A stretch of DNA of 63,952 bases, filler included, from Octopus bimaculoides (GCF_001194135.2; 5 parts of 5 records of this genome joined end to end with filler, not necessarily neighbours in it), one strand, 5' to 3'; numbered from the whole stretch's first letter, positions 36,178 to 50,070 are shown. A program made the numbers and translations. Notes: generated from the sequence alone by a model not told the origin.

Positions 36178-37045
36178 TATGTGTATGTTTTTGTGCGTGC
36201 GTGTGTGTTTGTGTGTATGTGTATGTTGTGTATATGTGCGTTGCTGTGTACGTGTGTGTGCGTGCGTTTGCTATTGTATGTGCGTGTGTTGCTTATGCCC
36301 ATGTGTGTGTGATTGTATGCGTGTCTGTGTGAGTGTGTAGTGTTGGTGAGGAGTGTGTGTGCGTGTGTGTGTGTATGTGGGTGTGTGCGTGTGTGTTAGG
36401 TACGGGTGTGTGTGTGTTTATGTGTGTCTGTATATGTGTTTCCGTGTGCGTGTGTGTATATTTTTTGTGGGTGCGTGTATGTGTATATTGTGTATGTTTT
36501 CGTGCGCGCGTGTGTGTTGTGTATGTGAGTGAGTATTGTGTATGTGAGAGGTGTATGTGCGTGTGTGCATGTGTGTATATGTGTATGTGTGCATGTGTGT
36601 GTATGTGTATGTGTGTGTGTGTGAATGGTTTTGTGTATGTGAGAGGTGTGTATGTGTGTGTTTATGTGTGTGCGTGCGTATGTGTGTGAGAGCGTAAGGA
36701 TGTGTGCCAGGTATGTGTGTTATTTTGTGTGTGTACTCCTGTGTGTGCATGTGTATGCGGCTGTGTATGTAGGCGTGCGCGTAAATATGGGTGTGTGTGT
36801 GTATATATGAGCGTTCGTCTATATGTGTATGTTTGTCATCTATGTGGGCGGTATATATGTAAGGTGTGTGGAAGGTGTGTGTGTAGGTGTATGGGAGGTA
36901 TGTGTGAATGGGGGTATGTATGGGTTGTTAGGTATGTGGGAGGTATTTGTGAATGGGGGTATATGTGGGTTATGTGTGCAAGGGTGTGTATGCTTGGGTG
37001 TGTGTGTGTGTGTATGTTTGCGTGATTGTTAGCGTGTGTGTGTAT
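36178..37045. repeat. Long degenerate (GT)-rich cryptic satellite
   Basis: About 870 bp of interleaved GTGT/GTAT/GCGT units. Confidence 0.9.
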
Positions 37046-38053
37046 AAAAATCAAATCTATTAAAATCGATTCAAAAAAATCGATCTAAAATCAATTCTTT
37101 TCAAAATACAATAATAATAATAATAATAAAATGAATGTATATATATCAACTAACAATAAATTAGAAATGAATTTATATAAAAAATACTTATTTTACCAAT
37201 AAGTAAAAGAAAAACATTTAACAATATTATTGAAAATAATTACAATACTTAAAGTTAAGTTAATAGTATAACGTTTAAAAATTTTTAGTTTAAACTAAAA
37301 CTTTGATAAGTTTTGCATCTATGCACCGTTTTGGGTATATACACACCAAACCCCAAATATCTCAATAACTACTGGTTCGATTTACGCGAAATTTGTTTTA
37401 TTCCGTTCGTATTCACAATTCAGGGACACTTTACTTTCAAAGTATTTTCCCATTATGCGCCAGTTTGGCTATGTAACATTGCAAGCAAGCAAGTAAGATT
37501 GAACACTTTTAATGTATTNNNNNNNNNNNNNNNNNNNNNNNNNNNNNNNNNNNNNNNNNNNNNNNNNNNNNNNNNNNNNNNNNNNNNNNNNNNNNNNNNN
37601 NNNNNNNNNNNNNNNNNNNNNNNNNNNNNNNNNNNNNNNNNNNNNNNNNNNNNNNNNNNNNNNNNNNNNNNNNNNNNNNNNNNNNNNNNNNNNNNNNNNN
37701 NNNNNNNNNNNNNNNNNNNNNNNNNNNNNNNNNNNNNNNNNNNNNNNNNNNNNNNNNNNNNNNNNNNNNNNNNNNNNNNNNNNNNNNNNNNNNNNNNNNN
37801 NNNNNNNNNNNNNNNNNNNNNNNNNNNNNNNNNNNNNNNNNNNNNNNNNNNNNNNNNNNNNNNNNNNNNNNNNNNNNNNNNNNNNNNNNNNNNNNNNNNN
37901 NNNNNNNNNNNNNNNNNNNNNNNNNNNNNNNNNNNNNNNNNNNNNNNNNNNNNNNNNNNNNNNNNNNNNNNNNNNNNNNNNNNNNNNNNNNNNNNNNNNN
38001 NNNNNNNNNNNNNNNNNNNNNNNNNNNNNNNNNNNNNNNNNNNNNNNNNNNNN

Positions 38054-38879
38054 AGGCTCCAAGTGCGCATTCGCCCATGGAAGCAGTTCAGCTTCCAGAA
38101 CGTCGCTAATGTATCGTTGAGTGTTAATTTTAACATCCAAGGACACAAAAATGAGGGGAGACTCTCCAGTGGCTGTCATAGACGCCCAAACCATAACTGA
38201 CTGTAGATTTTGACGTCGATTTACGAGTCTACCCTCGACGGAGCCAGATACACTCCAAAGTCGGTCGTTCTGATGGTTTACTGTCTGTTCGATGTCAAAT
38301 TTCTTTTCATCAATGAACACCAGGTTGGGCAGCATGCCATCAGCAATCTGACGCAGGATAAGATGACTTCTCTTCAGTCACATGGCCTTATAAACTTGCG
38401 TTAGCTCATGATGACTGATCATTTTGTTGGGATGGTTCCTGAGATCCTCCTTCAGCACTCGATACATCGATTTTGCTGTGGCGGTCAGTTTTCTGACAGA
38501 ACAATGAGGATTTCTTCGTATCTTTTCCCTGGTAATTTTGATAAGCTAAGGGGTCTGCACATTTCTTTTTCGGTCATGTCTAGGTCGATCAGCGGTGGAA
38601 CCAGTCTTTTGAAATTTCTTGACAATGTTCCAGACTGTTATTCTGTTAATTTTAAGCTTTTTGGCTATAGCTGTATTACTTTCGCCTCCTTTGTGGAAAG
38701 TTATGATTGTATTTTGGTCTACGGTCACAATCTAATTTATAAATCTGAATTTGTTTAGTCTGAAACAAAAAGAAGACACACTAAGCTTTTATAATGATGA
38801 TTAATTTTCATATCTTATCAATTTTATTGATTGTTATTAAAGCCCGAAACTTCGGTTGCCTTAATTTCGGGACACCCTG
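38054..38879 (-). mobile_element. Tc1/mariner-superfamily transposon, maT (DD37D)-like, 5' half
   Basis: HTH (IAKKLKINRITVWNIVKKFQKTGSTADRPR), then VFIDEKKFDIEQTVNHQNDRLW..SVMVWA..PLIFV..VKIN..YISDVLEAELLPWA. TIR CAGGGTGTCCCGAAATTAAGGCAACC ends at 38879. The rest lies in the gap, so D-D spacing is unverified. Confidence 0.85.
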
Positions 38880-40076
38880 CGCGCGCGCGCGTACCAGATA
38901 ATGCTTGCACTATGAACTGCATAGCTGAATGGGTCAGAATTGAGCTTCTTATTTATAAGGCGTCATGTTCAATTCCAATACATGTGGAATTGAGCAAGCG
39001 GTTTATTTTATTTACTTTTTGCATAGCGGAGTCATGTTTTTGGGCTAAAACAAGTAAAAGATTAATTCTGTGTGCGTGTATGTGTGAGAGAGAGAGAGAA
39101 AGAGAGAACAAAAGAGGAAAATGTAAGGATAAAGAGATGGCAAAAAGAGTCCATGGGAAGATTAGGCGGTGGAAAAGCAAACAAAGGCAAGAAAAGACAA
39201 TGAGAGAGGTAGACAGGGAGAAAATAGACAGGCAGGGAGGAGAAGGGAGAAAAATAACTAGAAGTGGTTAGACGAAAACATACAAAGAAAGGGAAGGAAT
39301 ATATAATGGTAAAATGTGGAGAAGAATATATAGAAATATCTGAGAGCGGAGGAAGTGGGCGAGAAGAGAAATGGTAAAGGAAAAAAGAACAAAATAGAAT
39401 TTGTTCATCAAAAATAACGGAAGAAAAACGCGGGAAAATTCCGTATCTGGTTAATGGCAGTAATTCTACATATTTAGGTGACCCAAGGGACGCAAGTATG
39501 GGAGGAGCATGTCGGATACATTGCTGGAAAACTAAAGAGCCTGAATGAGAGAGAGAACGATAGCAAGCAAGGGTGGAGAGAGGAATTATATTAAGAGAGA
39601 GAATGAGAACATAGAGAAGGAAGATGTGTTGTATGGTGTGGCTTATGATGATCAGTTAATAAGAGGAGCGTGGATAAGAAAAGAGTTCATTAGTCGTAGT
39701 AGTAGTAGTTGTGGTGGTGGTGGTGGTGGTGTTGACTGGTGGTGATTTTGATGGGATTGAGAGTAACTTGAATAAAATAGGAGTCCATTGGTGGTGGTGG
39801 CATCAAGAGTGAATATGAATAGCGTGAATAAAGCACGGGTTCACTGGTAGAGTTAAAATCATCTGATTCAATGAAGAGACAGACAGACAGACAGACAGAG
39901 TGCACAAGCGAACTTTCCTTTGCTTGCTTTCTATTAGTTTAGTAATAGCACGTGTGTGCGTATGCGCATGTATATATATATGTGTGTGCGTGTGTGTGTA
40001 TGTATGCGTGCTTGTGTGTGTGCATATATGTATACATACATACATACATACACACATACGTACATACACAGATAGA

Positions 40077-40150
<74 letters not shown>

Positions 40151-43100
40151 CATATGCATAAATATCCTTAGATAGAGAGATAAATATATATATACACGCA
40201 TATATATATACAGATATGTATACACATATGCATAAATATTCTTAGATAGATAGATAGATAGATAGTGGGGCTGTGCATGAAGGTTATAGAGAAACAAATT
40301 GAAAAGGAAAGAAGAGGAAAAGAAATGTAGGATAGCGGAAGATATGATTTATGAAGAAGCTTTAAGTGAGCAATAATGATTATTCCCCGTGGAAGAGGAA
40401 GAAGCCAGGAACAGTATAGCGCCAGATTAAATAATTTATAGCATTTAATCTCGTCCCACCACGTTCTGAGTTCAAATCCCGTTGAGGTCGATAAAATAAG
40501 AACCAGTTGTTGTTATTGATATGCAGCTTCAATCAGCTCTCACTGACGAAGTACCGAACATAAATAGGGTTCCAGATACACCATAACCCCTTCCACTTGA
40601 TTCCAGATCGCACACACTGTGAATTCCGACATTCACTGGTTTATCTTCTAAAGCTGGAATTGTTTCACTTTTCCACTGTTTGCGTCCAGTTTGGGTCTGT
40701 TTGTTGTCGTCATCGGTGACAGTAGTGGTGGTGGTGGTTGTGGTGTCGCTCTACTTTAGGTCTGCTCAATTACACGTATGGCACGCAATGAGCCATCTTA
40801 TTCTTATATTATTGTATCTTAGGAAGGTCGTTTTTTCCAATAAAGACATACGCGTTTGTTGTATTTCACTAACCGTTAACTAATTCTGTGGATGCATCAA
40901 TGCATACTTAGATCAATGAAGACATGTCACTAATGTGGTCACGAATGGCGACAAGAGAACTACGGAAAACCCAACTGATTGATCGCTCAAACAGTTAGTC
41001 AAGCAATCGATTAGTTAACTGGTTAATTAGTATGAATTAAAAGAATCAGTGCATCGGTTTTTCTGAAAAATTGACCTCCCAAGATATAAATTCTGTTTCA
41101 AAACGCTATTTCACATCAATAATCTTGCAAAACTAATAATGATTTCAGCTTTTGGCACTGGGTCAGCGATTATTGGCCCCAGTATTCAACTGGTACTTAT
41201 TTTATCAACTCCAAAAGGATGAAAGGCAAAGTCAATCTCAGCAGATTTTTGCAAAACTAATAATAAATCGAAATATTCTTTTATTTTTTAGATTGTTCCA
41301 GTAACTAAAGAGCGATGATGCTGAGGCACCGCCTCGAAGAGTTTTTAGTCGGGCATATTGATCCTAGTACTTATTTTTAAGTTGGGTAGCCATTTTACCG
41401 ACCCTGTATCGAACCACTAAGTTATAGACTATAAGCATAAAACCCCTCTTTTCAAACGTAGAGATACTTCTGAATATACACACATATGCAGATCTGCATA
41501 CACACACACTGACCCCGAACATGTTTTCCTATAACTTTCTTGGAAATGCATAGGCTTTAATAAAATTTTTCTGAGACAACATTTTCGATTATCGTGATAA
41601 AATAGACAATAGCATTTAAAATCCCTTTGGATGGAAAGAGCTCGAAAGCTGGCTGTGAGATTCGACCCACTACTTTTGTAAACATGACAGAGATTCTAAA
41701 ATAATAAAAGAGGATAGAATAAAAAATAAATCAAGAAACACCATCCTATTTAAAATAAATAATAATCATTTTTATAAGGAGCGGTCGGCCACAAACTGAA
41801 GTTTGTTGCTCAAAATATATCTTTTTCTAGGCCTTGTTAGGAGAATATTCTGGAATGTTGCATTACATGATGTATGACTGCTGATTGCTTCATAATTCGA
41901 CCGATCACATGAAAAAGCTGTTACTAAACTGTGATTTTAACTTGGAAATTCGTCGTATTGGTTTCGAATCATGCCACAGTATTATAGCACAGGATGCAAT
42001 TTCCAAATGTTGAACATTCGCCCTTCCTTGTGGCACATTCTGGCAATAATGTTTATTAATTTTCTTTTGGCTTTGATTTAACAGCATTACGATAAGTAAA
42101 AAAAAAGAAAAGATAAAAAAAGAAAAAGAAAAAAGTTTTGTAGGCTGTGAGTTTGGTTAAAATATGAAGACGCCATTGCAAATCAGTGGTACCGATAAGT
42201 GCGAGTCATGTACAAGATGAGGTCGATACAATAGCTTTTACCACTACCTCATTTCTGCGGATGTTGGCTTTGTACCAATATGAGAAATCAATAGTGATAA
42301 GGCTAACTTTTGTTGACTTGGGGATATTATCAAACGGGTTAAACAAGCGTTTCTGCCCAGAAAAACAAACAAGATAAATGAGCAGCGATTAATATTAAAA
42401 TAATTACATATAATGAATATGCGTGATGAGTAAAAAGGAGTCAAAGATTTATTTTTTTACCAATGTCCCACTGAAATCATGGATTTATGATGTTTACTTT
42501 CACTTGACTAAGCAGTCAAGTAGTCACATGATTTCATGACGTAGTATTTCATATACAATCACCTACGACTGTGGTATTTCTGCATACGTGCGATCTTCAT
42601 CACAAGTACAATTACTATGCTTATCGTTACATAGCAACGAGAGAGACTCTATGTTGTCACTCAACTCGTTAGAAATATCAACCAAATCTCCCTGAACTCA
42701 TATGCAATAGTCTCAAAAGAAGGATACATTTCATAATGTACTCCTAAATGCGCTATCCCTGAAAATATGACGGGATTGCAAAAGTAACCGAGGGTTAAGC
42801 GGCGATGTCAAAAAGCCAACAAATATTCGAATCTGGTAATTCATACCTTAATTTTACGGGGGCGAGATATCTCGTCTTGATTGGAGTATAGAGAGATATG
42901 GTCATAAATCATATCGAGTCTCAAAACTAGTTTATATTAATTATAGTATAGTAATATACATATTAAGAAAACAAAGCTAGATCTCATAATGCAGGAAAAC
43001 AGTTACATAATCAAGTACCTGCACATCTGGAAAAGTACGTGGCGTTGAAACAATTGTAGTGATTAAAAATAAATGTCCAACCGTACTCTTTCATGTTGAT

Positions 43101-44667
43101 TCCAAGTTTTTCAATTACCTATTCATACACAACAGTTGCTCAAACGCAAACCTAGAAGTACGTATGATACTACTACTGGATAGCACAGCGTAAATATGAA
43201 GGCGGACGAGCTCCACACTCTACTCTTCTACGTTCTTTACAGACTATACAGACTATATATATATATATATATCTTTTAACCACGGTAGTAGTTGAATATA
43301 TTCTGAAGTCCACCATTTCGTCAATCTCAGAAGCTTCCAAGCTTCACCACCAATTCAGTTCTCAACTAAATTGCAAACTGTTAATAGTTTTAAAGGGATA
43401 ACCTCCTCAGCTACACTTTGGCATAATTAGTTTGAGATTTGGTTCAGAAGAAAAAAAGTTACATCAAAATATCTGCGACCTCAAGGGGAGCAGTAAAGCA
43501 GATATTCATCTTCAATTAACATAAATTTTTTAATTCTAAATTAAAAGTATACTTTTTATTAGGCTTACGAAATTTCATGTCAGTAAGGAAGTAACGCTTC
43601 AGTAATAAGAATAAAGAATATATCTCTAAAATGAATACTCGCTGCTTAAGGTGACGGTCTGGCAGAAACATTAGCACACCGGGCGAAATGCTTAACGGTA
43701 TTCCGTCTGTCTTTACGTCCTGAGTTCAAATTCCGCCGAGGTCGACTTTGCCTTTCATCCATTTGGGATCTATTCAATTAGACAATTTTGTATTTTAAAA
43801 GTTATTTCGTCAGGAGTTACAAAGTGACAATGGACAAATTCGTGTTTGATAAGTGCCAATACACGAAGCTCTCAGCTTTTGACTTACTCTCTAACTTCTG
43901 CCGATGATATATATACATATTACAGATGTGTGTAAAAAAAATCTCATCACGCAATCGAACCAATGAAAGAGCCTCTACCTGGTCGCTCGACACGCTAAAA
44001 ATAGTAGCCAAAGTATCCCCCTACCTAAATCACACGCCTGTTGTATGTAATGTCCTAGATTATCCCTAAAAAGGCGGTTTGCTGAAGGCTGGAATGTCTT
44101 TGGTGATACGTTTGCAGTATCAGGGTTTATTTGAGGCTAAATAACAACATTATGGTCAATTTCTATATTAACACCTGCATGATTTTCACTACGAAAAAAA
44201 ATTGGATTTTTTGCATGGAATCAAGTACCCTGGCTTCCTAATATGCTGCAAATCCCTTATTTTGGTTCAGAAAAAAATGAGGTGGGGGTTTCCCCCAATC
44301 CCGGAATCATTGGAATTTTTTTTTCGTTGAATGAACTCCTGTGACCTCCTAATATTTCAAAATTAGGTTACTTAATTTGAGCCTGGTAACTGATGGTTTT
44401 GGGGTCTTGTTGTTTGTAACTTTTGGTGAGCCATGGTGCAAGCAACAACATGGCAAAAATTCCAGCCATTAATTTGGTGTGGATGGATAATATCAAATAA
44501 TTCAATCACAACATATATTTAAATTAAACATGAAAAAAATTGAAATATTATCATCACTTACATGGAAAAATTGAAATATTATCTTTCAGTATTTTATAAG
44601 GTAAAATCTTAAATTATCGACACATTATTAATTATCCTATAATAGCAATGCCTGGAAAAATCATGGA

Positions 44668-45186
44668 TTACATGGAAAAATGCAAGCATGAAAAAAGTCA
44701 TATTCTTATGATTATAAACCTGGAAAAGTACAGGACAAGTTATTACACCTGTAAAAGTATAGAACAAGCTATTACTTCTAGTAAAGAAAAGAATAAGAAA
44801 CTTTTTACTTAAAATATTGCAGCTAAAATTAAAATTTGAATATTAAAACTTATTTTATTATAGTTTACAAATAACGCTATACTTATTTAAGTAGAATTTG
44901 GCTAATTTACTATCTTGAATACATAAAAAATGACTAATTAGACAAACTTACAAATTAGCTGAACAGTTTTGTACTATAAATTTTTTAAATGAGAACTTTA
45001 AAGAGTGATAAATTTGAATAACTGGCGTTCTTTGCTGCAATATTTTAAGTAAAAAGTTTCTTATTCTTTACTTTACTAGAAGTAATAAGCTTGTCCTATA
45101 CTTTTACGGGTGTAATAACTTGTCCTGTACTTTTCCATGTTTATAATCTTAAGAATATGGCTTTTCATGCTCGTATTTTTCCATGT

Positions 45187-45188
<2 letters not shown>
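44668..45188. repeat. Long inverted repeat (~155-bp arms at 44668-44823 and 45034-45188); foldback/MITE-like
   Basis: Arms align at roughly 90% by eye around a ~210-bp AT-rich spacer and contain CATGGAAAA subrepeats. Confidence 0.85.
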
Positions 45189-45223
<35 letters not shown>

Positions 45224-45376
45224 TTTGGATTTGGTTTGCAAGATTTTTTATGTGATTTCGTGTGTTGAAGCATATTCTGTTGTGTCTGGGGAGAGTCATT
45301 TTCTTATCGTGCCTTAAATTTTAACACACTCACCGTTAAAATTTCCACTTATTATTTTTATAATATATATATATAC

Positions 45377-45480
45377 GCGAGGTCTAATCAATAAGTATCC
45401 GAACTGTTGCCATAGTAACGAAACTAAAGCACGCAGAGTGAAGTCGCTTGGCACAGATTGACCTTGAACTCTGGTAGAGC
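45377..45480 (+). mobile_element. mariner-like terminal fragment
   Basis: (TA)n followed by CGCGAGGTCTAATCAATAAGTATCCG, resembling mariner TIR starts (CGAGG..TCAA.AAGTA.CCG). No coding part. Confidence 0.4.
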
Positions 45481-45547
45481 GTGATACAATTATCCACATA
45501 ATTAGTAAACAAAACTTCCCTTTATAGATGTAACTCAGTACTATAAG

Positions 45548-46511
45548 TTGGTCAAAATCTTTGAAGTACTTCTGACATATTTGTGTCCCGTCTTCTTGAA
45601 AAGTGTCGTAAACATCAGAGACATATGTTACGTCTTCAGCGATCTAACCGTCATATGCTGTGGCGCCTGCTTCCGATGTTTGCCTGTCCACCAACGTTTC
45701 TCTCGATCGTTCAGAAGTTTATGGTATGCAAGCGAGAGTGAAAAATTTGTGTAATGTTGAATCAACTGCCATTAGTGAATTGTACAATGTTGCAATTCTT
45801 TCTCTGTTCACCGTTTGTGCTCGAACATTTGCAGAAAGGAAGATTTCAGTGTTATATAGTGGCGAATTTGACAACGGCCACTATGATGCTCTCTTTCCCA
45901 TAAACAATCATGAGCATGAAAGAAATGTAGAAGGAAATAAAATATCACAAGACAATAAAAAAGACAAAAGAATGAGGATTCAAACATTTAATATGAAAAT
46001 TGTAGAAGAAAGTAAAAACCATCGGAAAGTTAGGTTGCAAAAAATGAGGGGATATGAGAGGAGAACAAGAGAACAAGAAGGAGATAAAGATAGGGAAATA
46101 AGACTGCAGAGAAAGAAAGAAAATTATAGAAGTAAAAAAGTACAAGAAAATTAAAAAAAGACAAAGAAATACGATTGCAAAAAAAAAAGAGAGAAGAGTA
46201 GAATAAATAGAAAACAAGAGAGTGAAAGCGACCAAAAAATACGACTAAAATGAAGAAAGCTTTCCAGAGAAAATCAGCAGAAGTATGGACAATTTCAATG
46301 GCAAGATATAACATTTAATCATGATCCTACTCGTAATTATGCATCTGAAAAAATTGTCTCCCTGGGCTCTATGTGCAAAACATGTGAAAAGTGTGGTGCT
46401 AGGAAGTGGGATAAGGAATCATTAGGTATGTGTTGTTTTAAAGATAAAGTCCATTTACTAATAATTGAGCCTCCAGAACTTATAAAACATCTTTTGGGTA
46501 CCACTTCAGAA

Positions 46512-46515
<4 letters not shown>
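45548..46515 (+). mobile_element. Canonical Helitron N-terminal fragment: OTU protease, charged helical repeats, Cys-rich Zn finger
   Basis: Degenerate OTU Cys box VICCGACFRCL (45650-45682), ESTAISELYNVAI and His box LYSGEFDNGHYDAL (GHY at 45876-45884). R/E/K repeats follow, then CEKCGARKWDKESLGMCC..KVHL..EPPELIKHLLGTTSES, cut by (TG)n and a gap. Confidence 0.8.
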
Positions 46516-46562
<47 letters not shown>

Positions 46563-48719
46563 NNNNNNNNNNNNNNNNNNNNNNNNNNNNNNNNNNNNNN
46601 NNNNNNNNNNNNNNNNNNNNNNNNNNNNNNNNNNNNNNNNNNNNNNNATACCAGATATTACAATTCTGCAAATAAGTTTTTTCAAAATTGCAATTGCTTA
46701 TCACTTTTTTGTCCTGCTTAATTTTAAAGTTTTTATTATTTTGGAATGAAGAACACAAGCATAGGTGCTGAGCCAGTGAATGAACTGGTCAATGTGGTAT
46801 GTTCGTGGATAACAGACCGTTCGGCTCTGCAAAATCTTACGTGTTCCTGAGAAACAGACTGAATCATACGGACTCTAGATTTCGGCGCGATGCTTATGTT
46901 TTCTGTTGATAAAGCCGATAAGATGAGGTATTGAACCTGGTATATATGCCATTATGAAGACCACCAAAAACAACCGCATGACTCTAAGTGAGTTTAAAAG
47001 GTGGCTCGATGATAATAACAGGCAACAAGAGAGCAGTTCGAAAATGACGATGGCCAATGTCTGTGGTTCCAAGTAATTTTGGTCTACAAAATGTTCAGAC
47101 TTTATGGCTATGGACGAAAAATATGGCCCGGCCAACTTGTTAATAACTTTGTCTTGTGCAGAGTACTTTTGGTCGGATCTGTGTGAATTTTTGGAAAAGT
47201 TGAACGCAGATACACCAAACTTTGCTACAAAGTGCACCAATGAGCTGTGAGATGATGATGTAGTGACTGTTACTGAGTATTTCCACCATCGATTTGCCAC
47301 CTTTACGAGAGAGGTCATTAGACACAAAAACAGTTCTTCGGTCTGGTCGAGCACTTCTTTTGGAGATTGGATTACCAGATGAGAGGTACACCACACGTTC
47401 AGATGAAGTTGTGGATTAATGATGGTCCAGTTATGGACAGAGACAGGAGTAAGATTCAGACTGTTATACAGTCCATAATCACTTGTATTCCGTCGAATGT
47501 GGAAAATCCAGTTTTGTCGGACTTGGTGTTGCGGATCCTGCAGAAAACAGATTTATTCAAAAAGTCGATTTTACACCCGATGCAGATTTGGATGTTCACG
47601 TCCCGTTGTAAATTTCCATTTGCTTAGTGTAGACGAGAGTATAAAGTCTCGGCACAAATGTAGAACTGTCAAGAAACTTTACAAACTTGACAGATGACAG
47701 GGGGAAGAGTCCATTAATAACTATAACCCTCTTGTTCTGTATGTCTGGAAGGCGAATGTCGATATACAGTATATCAGTGAAGATAGCTTGATTCTAAACC
47801 GATATGTTACTAGTTATCAGACAAAGTCCGAAAAGAGTGATACTGAAGGCATTTGGACTGAGATTGACAAATCTAAGTTCATTTATTCAAAGTATAAGAG
47901 TGTTGATGGGCAACCGTGAAACAGGCACCTATCAAGCTACTGACAAACTGCTTGGCCACCATTTCTATGGGTGTTCTGAAAGCGATATTTGGATAGGATT
48001 AGTTTTACCCAGTTACCGATCGCATAGGTTCAGACCTCAGTATGAACTGGACCAAATGGAGCCGGAGTCCACCTATCTTTATTATGAGAATTTGGTGGAA
48101 AATTGGTATCCAAACAAACCCGATTCAATAGTGCACACGAGTTTGTATGAGATTGCAAGTAAATATGAATGCATGCCTCCAAACAAAGCCAGAAATACTA
48201 ATGAAGAAATGCGGTTGAGAAATAATCTTGGCTATTTCCGTTCTGTCAAAGAGCGAATTGTAAAGTCGCCAAGCATTAGATTGACCACGGATGCTTCAAA
48301 GCATTATTACCACAATCTACTCATGCTCTTCAAGCCTTGATGTGACAAGGAAAAAGACTTTCTTGAAGGTTTCAAGACTTATAAGGAGTCCTTTGATCAG
48401 TGTGCCAGCAATTTATCTGAAATGGTCAGGTTCCAGAATGTGCTCAAACGTATAGAGGATGCACTGGAACATGGCAAAAATATTCAAAGTGAATCTCAGA
48501 CTGATCTCAATGATGACTATTCTTGTGGTGATCATATGGAGGTTTTCGCAGATGAAGATGCTGATGTCAATTTGTCTCGCACGAGAAATATCACTGAGGA
48601 TGCACTGGGTCATAAAGAAAGCCAACTGAATGACGTGCAAAAAAAATTTATGATGATACTGTGGCCAGTACTGGGAAACAAAACAATCACTGGGACAACA
48701 ACAAACCTTATCCGTGATG

Positions 48720-50070
48720 TCATTGTGATGACTGTGCACAAGTTTTAAAATTTTTTTTCTGGTGTTTTTTGATAAATGTACTCGCTGGTAAAATTCAGTA
48801 CATGTACCCAAATGACAATGCCCTGAGTGTAGTGATCACCAACAGGAATGGCCGCTTTCCAACTAAACGGAACGACTGTTCATCGATTGCTAAAACTCAA
48901 AGTGCTGCAAGGCAAAATTCCTGTGTATGAGGAACTATCTAAAGACAATCTAAAACTGTTGCGGCCGATGCTTCACTATGTGAGACTGATTATAATCGAT
49001 GAGGTTAGCATGGTCAGTCACTTGCAGCTGGCTTTTATTCACTTGAGATTGTGCCAACTGTTTTAGCCTTTCGGACACATAAACGTGGTTGTCTTTGGTG
49101 ATTTGTTTCAATTACCACCTGTTAGAGAAAAACCGGTGTTTAAAAGAATCAGTCACCACGATGCCCAAAGAGCGTGCTTAGGCATTAGCAGCCGCCATGT
49201 GTGGAGATTCTTTGACTATGATGAGTTGACAATTAACATGCATCAGAAAGACGATACAGAGAATTATGTTAACATGATTGGCCGAATCAGATTGGGTTCA
49301 CCGCTTTACTTCAACATTCAAATTCTCAATGAGCATAGAATTGAACCTAACGGCAAAGATTCTCTCGAACAGGTTACTTAGAAAATGTGTGAACTGACTC
49401 AGACAACTGATTTGAGTATCGTTTGTATTATGGCTCTGAACGAGTCGGTATCGGAGTTTAACAATCTTATGCTCGATAAATTTGGCATTAGTGCTGTCGA
49501 GATTGCGGCTGTTGATTCCAGCATGCGGCAAACCAAATGTCAAAAAAAGAAAGCTAAAAGCAAGAAGTTGATCACCAAGGCAAAAAAAAACAAGAAAACA
49601 TCTAATACTGCCGGCCTTGAAACCGTCCTTAAAGTTGGCATTAATGCTCGAGTAATACCTAAGTGCAACATGGACGTGGATAGCGGTTTGTGCAACGGTG
49701 CGATGGGAACTGTCAAGAGACTCAACTACGAATTTGGAAAGATTACTTCTATTGACGTTCTTTTTGATTGTTTGAACAAAGTTTTTTCCATCAAAACTGT
49801 CAAAGCCGATTACGAATTGTCTCCTGGTGTGTTCATCACCAGAGATCAATTTCCCTTGTGTATTGCATATGCAATTTCTATCCCCAAATCACAGGGAATA
49901 AGCGTCGATGGCGTCATTGTTGATTTGGGGATCGGCGTTTTCTCCGACGGTATGACTTATGTGGCCTTGTCCATAGCTCGCAAACTGCAATGTTCACTTG
50001 ATTGAGCTTGATCCATCGAGTTTGATCATGTGCGATTCCAGCGTTTAGAATGAATACAGCTATTTGAGAG
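48720..50070 (+). pseudogene. Pif1-family SF1B helicase domain of the Helentron
   Basis: ORFs 48848-49066, 49085-49381 and 49385-50005 carry motifs Ia-VI. Walker A is disrupted (SGV...AGK near 48758-48792). Confidence 0.9.

Noticed and set aside
40529-40750. 73-codon minus-strand open frame (T-rich, then PALEDKPVNVGIHSVCDLESSGRGYG)
   Set aside because: It is partly microsatellite-derived, has no start or convincing splice sites, and I do not recognise it.
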